Assembly: GCA_029268325.1 (NCBI GenBank)
Contig: JAJUGC010000001.1
Coordinates: forward strand, 1 to 26,249
Direction: 5' to 3'
From: Gammaproteobacteria bacterium
Lineage (GTDB): Bacteria; Pseudomonadota; Gammaproteobacteria; Pseudomonadales; Oleiphilaceae
Length of the DNA: 26,249 nt
Below the pieces are notes generated by a model. It was given only the letters and a program-made list of their open reading frames with translations, ran no database searches and was not told the DNA's origin. Every line of letters starts with the position of its first letter. Position 1 is the first letter of the stretch. The translations under genes were made by a program, and so were the position numbers. Shown here one piece after another: positions 7,851 to 15,240 of the stretch.

Positions 7851-10109
7851 ATGCTCATGAATAAACAGGATTTTGCCGCGGGAGGCAACGAGCAAGGCCC
7901 GGCACAGGGGGCCGTCCCCCCTTGGGAGGTGGACGATGTAGCGGCGAGGCCGGTACTCAACAATACTCCAAGCGTCATTGACCCGGATTGGGATGAAGCT
8001 TGCCGTATCGCGGAGCTGCTGGGCTTTGGGCAGGAGGCGGTGACTGCCCGCAAACGGGCCAGGAAACCCTATCACCCGGCGACGCGGCCGAAGCTTTCAC
8101 CCGAGGAAGCCGAGCGTTGGAACCGTCAAGAGCGGCGCCTATTGGATTTGTTGAACAAGCGTGCCTGGAAGAAACTGGCCACGGCGTTGACGGACATCGC
8201 CCGCCAGTCGCATCCCTTGGACCCCACCACACTGCAGCAACTGCATTATCTGGCCTGTACCCTGGCCGGCGGTGACTGGCCGGCCCTGCCCGAGGAACTT
8301 CGCCACGAAGGGGGCACCCTGGTTCAGGCCTTGGCCGATCTGGCGCGGCTGTTGCAATTGGCTCTGGAAGAAGACCTGGAGTGGGCGTTTGACCAGGGGC
8401 TGGCGGACCTTTCCCCCTATCTGATGGGGGATCGTCCCACGGAAATCCAGTTGCTGAACCCGTATCCGGTGGCGGTGGAAGGGCTGGTTGAGTCCGTCCT
8501 GGAGCGGCTGGGCGAACGGTTTGACCTGGAACGACGGGTCGGCCCACGGTTTCAGGCCTCACGCCTGTACTTCCGGCTTCGTCAGCTTCCCGGTCTGCGT
8601 GTGCAGGAGCAGGATTTCCTGCAACTGCGGGAGTCGGCAGGTGGACAGGCCTTTTTTCTCAACTTTCTTGGACGCCAAGGATTGATCCATTGGCGTCATG
8701 ATCCGAACAGCATCCGCGATGCCCTGGAATACCTCTGGCTTGCCTATCGACAGGAGTGCGAGTACGCCGAAGAGCCTTTGGTGGACCTGGGTCTGACGGA
8801 CTTGCAGCCGGTGGCAGAAACCGAGGTCGAAGCCTTCCGGGAGGCCTTGTCCCGTGGTGTGGCCTACCTAAACAACCAAGTCGGGGAAACTCTGGCTGGC
8901 CAGCGCTTTCTCCGGCACCTGTGGCGCAAGTATCTGAGGCATTACCAGGGCGTGCTGGCGCGTATTGAGCAGCCGGACTGCCTGGGGGCGCTGGTTCGGA
9001 TTCGGGGGGCTTTGGCGGATGAAATCGAACCTGAACTGGAGTTTACCCTTGCCGGCCTGGCGACCAGGTTGAGACATTGGCGCCTGGTGGAAGAAAGCTA
9101 TATGCGTGGTCTGGCCCTGGACCCGGATAATCTGGAAGAGACTTTGAACCTGGCCGCTTTCTATAAAAGCCGGAGTCGCTATGTGGAAGCGCGGGGGCTT
9201 TTGTCCAAGGCGTTGCGGCTCAGGCCGGGCGATCCTTTCCTGCAACGGCGACTGCGGGCTGTGGCTGACCGGCAGGATTTGCAAAGCCAACAATCCCCCT
9301 ATCTCACGCCCCTGCCGAATGGCAAGGCCGCCCCGGCCAAGGAGCTGGAGCAATTGGGTAACCTGGAGCTCTTATCCCTGGCGGCGATGGCAACTGGCCT
9401 GCAGTTTGATGGGAGCGGGCACTTGCGGGCGTTTAGCGAGGCAGAGCAGCTGATCTTTCCCCATGAAGGCATTCGCGACCGGATGGTGCGTGAGCTGCTC
9501 ACCAGCCATGGGCTGCTGGTCTATCGCTATTCCCAGGAGCAGAGTTACCGGGTGCAGGGGCTGCTCTTCGACTTTGACACGGACCGGGTGGAGTGGGTAT
9601 TGAATGCCCAGTCTGCGACCTATCCGGATCTGGCGCCGGAGGTCGCGGCCCTGCGCCTGTTGAGGGACCGTTTGACAGCGGACCCTGCGGTCATTACCGG
9701 GCTCTGGCGGCAGGTGGCCGGCCATGACCTGCTGTGCTACGCCCAGCATTGCTTCAAGCAGCTGGGTTGGTATCTGGATTCGTCGGATTATGTGTGGGAG
9801 ATGCTGGATTCCCTGCTTCAGCACCTGCCCTTTAAGCAAGCCATGGCTTTGGTTGACCTGGCCATTGCCGAAACTCAGGGGGATTTGGCGGCGCAGCGGT
9901 TAAGCCTGCGTCAGGCCGGCAAAGCAGCTGTCCGCTATATCCAGAGCAGCTATGAAAAAGCCATTCTTCGGGAGGTGGAGTTGGCGGAGGAGGTTCGAGT
10001 GCTGGAATCGGAATCGCTCTGGGTTCGCCTGTTCCGGATGGACCTGACCCAACTCGGCTCCTTGTATTATCAGATGGTGCCGGGGGAGGTGACGTTCGCC
10101 AGCAGCTAG
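7851..10109 (+). CDS. Large hypothetical protein with a central TPR pair
   Basis: 752-aa ORF with GGAG upstream (start may be ATG 7857). TPR-like helices WRLVEESYMRGLALDPDN and LNLAAFYKSRSRYVEARGLLSKALRLRPGD. Confidence 0.75.
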   Translation: MLMNKQDFAAGGNEQGPAQGAVPPWEVDDVAARPVLNNTPSVIDPDWDEACRIAELLGFGQEAVTARKRARKPYHPATRPKLSPEEAERWNRQERRLLDLLNKRAWKKLATALTDIARQSHPLDPTTLQQLHYLACTLAGGDWPALPEELRHEGGTLVQALADLARLLQLALEEDLEWAFDQGLADLSPYLMGDRPTEIQLLNPYPVAVEGLVESVLERLGERFDLERRVGPRFQASRLYFRLRQLPGLRVQEQDFLQLRESAGGQAFFLNFLGRQGLIHWRHDPNSIRDALEYLWLAYRQECEYAEEPLVDLGLTDLQPVAETEVEAFREALSRGVAYLNNQVGETLAGQRFLRHLWRKYLRHYQGVLARIEQPDCLGALVRIRGALADEIEPELEFTLAGLATRLRHWRLVEESYMRGLALDPDNLEETLNLAAFYKSRSRYVEARGLLSKALRLRPGDPFLQRRLRAVADRQDLQSQQSPYLTPLPNGKAAPAKELEQLGNLELLSLAAMATGLQFDGSGHLRAFSEAEQLIFPHEGIRDRMVRELLTSHGLLVYRYSQEQSYRVQGLLFDFDTDRVEWVLNAQSATYPDLAPEVAALRLLRDRLTADPAVITGLWRQVAGHDLLCYAQHCFKQLGWYLDSSDYVWEMLDSLLQHLPFKQAMALVDLAIAETQGDLAAQRLSLRQAGKAAVRYIQSSYEKAILREVELAEEVRVLESESLWVRLFRMDLTQLGSLYYQMVPGEVTFASS

Positions 10110-10113
10110 AGGA

Positions 10114-10147
10114 CTGTCACGCTGCCACCTCAGCGGCGGCGTGACAG
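10114..10147. terminator. Strong hairpin between convergent genes; candidate bidirectional terminator
   Basis: CTGTCACGCTGCC pairs with GGCGGCGTGACAG (13 bp including one G-U). It lies between the stops at 10109 (+) and 10169 (-). No long U-tract. Confidence 0.5.
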
Positions 10148-10168
10148 AACTGCACGACGTGAGGTTTC

Positions 10169-10600
10169 TTAGAAGAAGAGCCAGCGCCGGCCTTCGGATT
10201 TTTCCTGGTTGGTTTCGCTGGTATCGGGTTGGGTAGCAGGGGCGTCGGTGTCGGTGGTGGCCGCTGCAGCTGTGGAAGCCGTCTTTTCTGGCTGGGCCTG
10301 AGAGTTGGCATTGGGTGTCATGATTCCCAAGGCCATGAGGGTTGCATCATCAACTTTGCCTGTGGGCACCAAACCTGGATGGGAGCTTTGGTAGTCCCGT
10401 AGGGCTTCTTCGGTGACAGGGTCCATGACTCCGTCGACAGGATTCAACTGATAGCCAACCCCGATGAGGGCATGCTCCAGGGCGAAGATGGTATGGTCCC
10501 GGGTCTGCTCCGCCACCGCCGGTAAGCTCTGGGCTGCCACCATGGCTAGCACAGCCGCTCGTGCCCAAGGGCGTACCAGGGATTTATTGTGCAAGTACAT
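10169..10600 (-). CDS. Exported peptidoglycan-binding-domain (PG_binding_1-type) protein
   Basis: ATG 10600 after AGGAG; signal peptide ending AVA; ALEHALIGVGY..PVDGVMDPVTEEALRDYQ..GLVPTGKVDDATLMALG; A/T/P-rich tail ending RRWLFF. Confidence 0.8.
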   Translation of the reverse strand: MYLHNKSLVRPWARAAVLAMVAAQSLPAVAEQTRDHTIFALEHALIGVGYQLNPVDGVMDPVTEEALRDYQSSHPGLVPTGKVDDATLMALGIMTPNANSQAQPEKTASTAAAATTDTDAPATQPDTSETNQEKSEGRRWLFF

Positions 10601-10964
10601 CGCTTTCTCCTTTTGGTCACTTAACCCAACTGTAGGCCTGGGCGACGGGTGTCCGCCGGTGACTTCGGCGTATCGGAGGGCACAGGGCCTGACGGGCCAA
10701 AACCATGGCCTTGGCAAAGGCCGTCTCCGAATTTCCCAGCTACTGTTGATTCATGTGGCTGATGGCCACGGCTTATCATTGTTTGATGAATCATTGACCA
10801 GTTTAGAACACTATATCCCCTCATGAAACCCCAAACCCGGACTCAGGTTGAAACCGCCGGGCCCATTCACCAGAACTAAGGGGATACCCATCCGCAGTCA
10901 AACGCCGTGTCTGGCCTTGCCGGCGGCTTTGCCACTGCTCCGCTTCCCAGGACAGGAGGTGCCT

Positions 10965-12038
10965 ATGCAACTGCCTCTCAAAAACCGGCGTGAGGCGGGT
11001 CGCGCCCTGGCCGCACTACTGGACGATTTTCGTGATCGGGACGATGTGCAGGTTTTGGCGCTGCCCCGGGGTGGGGTGCCCGTGGCCTATGAAATCGCCA
11101 TGGCGCAGGATGTGGATCTGGATGTGTTGATCGTGCGCAAACTGGGCGTTCCCGGCCATGAAGAGTTGGCCATGGGGGCGATTGCCAGCGGTGGCGAACG
11201 GGTGATGAACCAGGAAATCGTGCTGTTTCATCAGATTGACCAGGCGACGGTCGATGCCGTGGTGGCGCGGGAAACCCAGGAACTGGAGCGGCGGGAGCAG
11301 GAGTATCGCGCGGACCGGCCACCACCGGAGTTGCAGGGCAAGACAGTGATCATTGTAGATGACGGCCTGGCCACCGGAGCGACCATGCGTGCCGCTATCG
11401 AGGCGGTGAGTCGTCAGAAACCGGCGTGGGTGGTCATAGCGGTACCGGTGGCGGCCTCTGTTACCATCAACCTGCTCCGGACTGTTGTCAACGAGTGCAT
11501 TGCCTTGGCGACCCCGGAACCCCTGTTTGCGATCGGACAGTGGTATCAGGACTTTGCCCAGACCACCGATGAGGAGGTCAAGCGTCTGCTGGCGGATGCC
11601 TGGAGTCGCCAAGGGGCGGCCAGGGTTGACGTCTTGGATGACGACATCCAGCTCACCAAAGTGGTTCCGGAGCAGTGGACAGGGTTTTGCCAATCCTTTG
11701 CTGAGGATCACCGGGGCTGGCTGGTGACCCTGGGAGAGGTGGATACCCGGCAGCTGCAGGAACAGCCAGACAGAGCCCGCCATGCCATGCGCAAACGGGC
11801 TGATGGCGTGCCCCTGTGCAAGGTGGCGTATGACCCCGGCCAGAATGCCGTGTTGGTCGAGGTCAGTGAAGACCAGCAGGCCCGCCAGCTGTATGTGGAC
11901 CACCCGGTCAGCCTGTACCGGGAACGGGTGCAGGATGCCGACAAGGGGCTGCGGATTGATACGGAATCCGGCACCTCCATGCTGGTGGAGTTTCATCCCG
12001 TCCCCTCTCCGGCGGAGCGAGCGGGAGTTCAGCGCTGA
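10965..12038 (+). CDS. Type I phosphoribosyltransferase (COG1926-like) fused to a C-terminal DUF5335-like domain
   Basis: ATG 10965 after AGGAGGT; NRREAGRALA, LALPRGGVPVA, RKLGVPGHEELAMGAIA and PRPP motif VIIVDDGLATGATM (11358-11384). Extra C-terminal domain PEQWTGFCQSFAEDHRGWLVTL...GLRIDTESGTSMLVEF. Confidence 0.82.
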   Translation: MQLPLKNRREAGRALAALLDDFRDRDDVQVLALPRGGVPVAYEIAMAQDVDLDVLIVRKLGVPGHEELAMGAIASGGERVMNQEIVLFHQIDQATVDAVVARETQELERREQEYRADRPPPELQGKTVIIVDDGLATGATMRAAIEAVSRQKPAWVVIAVPVAASVTINLLRTVVNECIALATPEPLFAIGQWYQDFAQTTDEEVKRLLADAWSRQGAARVDVLDDDIQLTKVVPEQWTGFCQSFAEDHRGWLVTLGEVDTRQLQEQPDRARHAMRKRADGVPLCKVAYDPGQNAVLVEVSEDQQARQLYVDHPVSLYRERVQDADKGLRIDTESGTSMLVEFHPVPSPAERAGVQR

Positions 12039-12607
12039 TCCGGCTGCATGCCATTGCGGACCTCCACCGGTAGCTGGGCGACCCGCTCGTGATGGCGAGC
12101 CTGGTTCAGATGAGGCCACCACTCATACAGAAAAGTCTCGATGGGGCGCCACATGGCCACCCAGCCCATGATCAGAAGGCCCTCCCTTAAAATGTGACTG
12201 CCAAAACTGTTCGCATCGCTGAGGGCCTGGCTGAGCAGGAAACAAACCGTCAGGAAGGAGAGACCAACGGCGAGGTTGATGCGGCCCCGCTGGAGTTCTT
12301 TGCGCAGCCGTTGGCGGTGTACCCTGGCCCGGTACAGGAAATAGCTCTCCAGGCTGGTACTAACCAGGGCCTGCGCTTCCGCGAGATGCTCCGTGGGTAA
12401 ATAGACCAGGATCCGGACCGGAGCGCCCGCCGGGAGCTCCTTCACACTTTCCAGAATATAGGCGGCCGCCTCTTCGTCCAGATCCCGACGCCAGAAAGGG
12501 GCGGGGTCCAGGTTATCGAAAAGTTGTTCGAGCTGATCGATCCGAATTTCCACCAGCCAAGTGTCACCCTCTTGTCGATAAACGGGGCGGGATTTGTTAC
12601 GCAACAT
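12029..12607 (-). CDS. Conserved hypothetical membrane protein with two C-terminal helices
   Basis: EIRIDQLEQLFDNLDPAPFWRRDLDEEAAAYI, then two hydrophobic segments and GWVAMWRPIETFLYEWWP. Its 3' end overlaps the PRTase gene by 10 bp. Confidence 0.72.
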   Translation of the reverse strand: MLRNKSRPVYRQEGDTWLVEIRIDQLEQLFDNLDPAPFWRRDLDEEAAAYILESVKELPAGAPVRILVYLPTEHLAEAQALVSTSLESYFLYRARVHRQRLRKELQRGRINLAVGLSFLTVCFLLSQALSDANSFGSHILREGLLIMGWVAMWRPIETFLYEWWPHLNQARHHERVAQLPVEVRNGMQPDQR

Positions 12608-12853
12608 GCAGGACTCCGCTCATTGAAACTGCTGGCCGGCCCCGGGTGCGCCCATTGTGGGAGGTTAGGCCGGCTGGTGACATGATCGCATGGAAAGCGG
12701 AATCAGGTGAATGGGGTTGGAAAACTTGCTGGGCAGTTAGCCGAGTCCATCGTGCAAACCTTTGGTTCGTCTGCCAAAATAAGAGCTTCCGAATTCCCGC
12801 TGCCAGGGGGGATGGCCTGCATGAACACGCTACATGTTTAGGATACAACAGCC

Positions 12854-14500
12854 GTGATTTTTTTGACTCTGTCGCTGGCCCTGGGTGGTCTGGGCATGTT
12901 GTTTCTGGGCATGAACATGATGACCGACGGGCTGCGCCTGGCGGCTGGAGACTCCCTGCGTAACTGGCTGGCCCACTCTACTGCAACCCGGCCCCGGGCG
13001 GCGGGAAGCGGATTTCTGCTCACCGCCCTGGTGCAGTCTTCAGGCGTGGTGAGTGTGGCAGCCCTGGGGTTTACCAACGCAGGGATCCTGGGCATGCGGC
13101 AGGCGGCCTGGGTGATTTTCGGAAGCAACGTGGGAACCACCCTCACGGCCTGGATTGTTGCCCTGATTGGCTTGAACCTGAAAGTGGATGTCCTGGCGCT
13201 GCCATTCATCGGTATCGGCATCATCCTGCAACTGGCGGCAGGATCCAGAAGGATAGGGCACATCGGCTCGGCGCTGGCCGGCTTTGGCCTGCTCTTTCTG
13301 GGCCTGGATTTCATGAAAAATGCCTTTGCCGATACCGCGTCCCTGTTTCCGGTCGCCAAGTTGGGGGCCGGCACGATTCTGGATCTTATTCTTGCGGTTT
13401 TCGCCGGTGCGGTCTTGACGGCGTTAATGCAGTCATCAACTGCCTCGCTTGCCGTGGTGTTGACCGCCTCCGCCCAGGGGCTAGTCACGCCCATGCTGGG
13501 GGCGGCCCTGGTGATCGGAGCCAATGTGGGCTCGACGTTTATGGTGGTGCTCGCTTCTCTGGGGGCAACGGCGGCTGCCAAGCGGCTGGCCATGGTGCAT
13601 GTCTGCTTCAACGTCCTCACCGCCTGTGTCGCCTTCTTGCTGCTGTCGCCCCTGTGGTGGATCACATCCACCCTGGCCGGCACCCTGCAGCAAAACACTC
13701 TGGCCGCCCAACTGGCCGTGTTCCATACCCTGTTCAATGTGTTGGGATTGCTGTTGATGTGGCCGCTGGCGGACTATCTGCTGAAGTGGGTAGAGGGGCT
13801 GTTTCACGAGCGGGAGGTGGCAACCGCCAAGCTGCAGTATCTGGATGAGACTGTGATGGCGGTACCGGAGATGGGGGTGGCGGCATTAACCTCGGAGTTG
13901 CAACGGGTCTTCATGAAGCTGGTCGGGCAAGCCCGGGGTTGCCTGCGGGGCGAGACGATATCCCCAAGCGGGGAAGCCATGGTGCAGGATCTGCTTGGCG
14001 CCATCAACAAATACAGCAGCCGCCTGAGTCAGCAGAGCTTGGCCAGTCTTGGCGTGTCCGACCGGCTGCTGGATTTATTGCAGGCCCAGTTTGCCTGCGG
14101 AAAGTTACAGGAGTTGCTCAAGGAACTGACCGTTGAAACTTCAGGTGTAGAGCAGGCCGGGCATCCCCGGTCACAGTTGGCATCTGCGTTGGAAACCCTG
14201 CTGGCCCGTTTGGAGATGGAACCCCACGATGCTGCCGGGCTGGCGGATGACCGGCTACGGATCAAGGCCAGCCGACAAATGCTGCGAGCCCACTTGCTGC
14301 ATGAGCTGCAAGCCCAAGGGGGAGGCTCTCCGGTTGAGGTTGCTCAGCGCCTGGCTTCCTACGATGTCTGGGAGCGGGTCGCCCGGCAGATGACGGAGAT
14401 TGCCGGTCTCCTCTGGAAGCCGCAGGAAGAGGCGGATGAGTCTATGAGCGATGGTGGGGTGAGCGTGCCGGCGGAAGTCTCCGGCACGTCTTCTGCTTGA
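12854..14500 (+). CDS. Na+/Pi cotransporter family protein (NptA/YjbB-like) with a PhoU-like helical C-terminus
   Basis: GLGMLFLGM..MTDGL, two QSS repeats, two GxNVG(T/S)T motifs, HVCFNV and HTLFNV; GTG start after AGGA. Confidence 0.85.
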   Translation: MIFLTLSLALGGLGMLFLGMNMMTDGLRLAAGDSLRNWLAHSTATRPRAAGSGFLLTALVQSSGVVSVAALGFTNAGILGMRQAAWVIFGSNVGTTLTAWIVALIGLNLKVDVLALPFIGIGIILQLAAGSRRIGHIGSALAGFGLLFLGLDFMKNAFADTASLFPVAKLGAGTILDLILAVFAGAVLTALMQSSTASLAVVLTASAQGLVTPMLGAALVIGANVGSTFMVVLASLGATAAAKRLAMVHVCFNVLTACVAFLLLSPLWWITSTLAGTLQQNTLAAQLAVFHTLFNVLGLLLMWPLADYLLKWVEGLFHEREVATAKLQYLDETVMAVPEMGVAALTSELQRVFMKLVGQARGCLRGETISPSGEAMVQDLLGAINKYSSRLSQQSLASLGVSDRLLDLLQAQFACGKLQELLKELTVETSGVEQAGHPRSQLASALETLLARLEMEPHDAAGLADDRLRIKASRQMLRAHLLHELQAQGGGSPVEVAQRLASYDVWERVARQMTEIAGLLWKPQEEADESMSDGGVSVPAEVSGTSSA

Positions 14501-14509
14501 GCCGGGGCG

Positions 14510-14938
14510 TCAGTCGATTTCCTTGAAGCGGTAAACCAACCCCTGACGTCCGCTGATCATGTAGTGCTGAAGATGGCGCTGGCCTTCGTCGTAACTGCGG
14601 GCTTCCGCCCGGTCGTAGGCCACACAGCGATCCAGAAGGGCGTCGCTCCAGAAAAACACTTCATGGCGGCTGCCTTCGTCTTTAAAGCAGTACAGATCGG
14701 TCTCGTTGCCTGTCATGTAGGTATAGACCGTCAGCCGGTAGAGATCATCCCTGGCCTTTTCAATTTCCAGTACCTTGACCCGCAACCGAAAGCCCGACGC
14801 CAGCAGCGTGCGGACTTGTTTCTGGTTGAAGTCGTTGTCGTCCAGAGTACGAAGCTCTGGTGGTGTGATCGCACCCTGCGCTTTCAGTGTGTTCCCTCTC
14901 TCGGTTACTTGAGGTAGTTCAAAGACTTCAAAAGCCAT
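14510..14938 (-). CDS. Hypothetical cytoplasmic protein
   Basis: 142-aa ORF filling the gap between two large plus-strand genes, with ATG after AGGTAC. No family recognised. Confidence 0.6.
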   Translation of the reverse strand: MAFEVFELPQVTERGNTLKAQGAITPPELRTLDDNDFNQKQVRTLLASGFRLRVKVLEIEKARDDLYRLTVYTYMTGNETDLYCFKDEGSRHEVFFWSDALLDRCVAYDRAEARSYDEGQRHLQHYMISGRQGLVYRFKEID

Positions 14939-15001
14939 GGGGTGTACCTGTGTTGTCTTGGGTATGAAAGGAGACTAGTCGTGCATTGGATGTGCGTCAA
15001 A

Positions 15002-15015
15002 GACAAGATCTTGTC
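15002..15015. promoter_or_regulatory. Perfect 14-bp palindrome; candidate operator
   Basis: GACAAGATCTTGTC is its own reverse complement. It sits in the divergent intergenic region between the hypothetical gene and the P-type ATPase. Confidence 0.45.
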
Positions 15016-15240
15016 GCTTCAGGCAGGTTAGCGCCGAAGGAGTATAACCCTGGCGCTAGCCGATAAAAAACCACTAACTTTCCGTGCCGGGCCACGGCCT
15101 TTCCTTGTGAGGGGGCAGGGCGTTCTTTATCTTCTGGTGAGCAGGCAGGACAGGTTCAATAACGATCCCACAACCTCACTTCGCCTCCTGGCTGCATCGG
15201 ATTCCCACTCCGAGATTCCTGTTTGCAGAAGGATGAGCGG

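Noticed and set aside
10754-10800. GTGGC-tgatg-GCCAC hairpin and TTGATGAATCAT near-palindrome upstream of the PRTase
   Set aside because: Too short and wrongly spaced for an FNR box; not distinguishable from chance.
14965-15060. CGCCGAAGGAG and CTTCAGG resembling a glycine riboswitch; yybP-ykoY also considered because a P-type ATPase follows
   Set aside because: Elements are in the wrong order with no GGAGAG or trailing CTCTCAGG, and the GGGGAGTA/GAGACC core of yybP-ykoY is absent.
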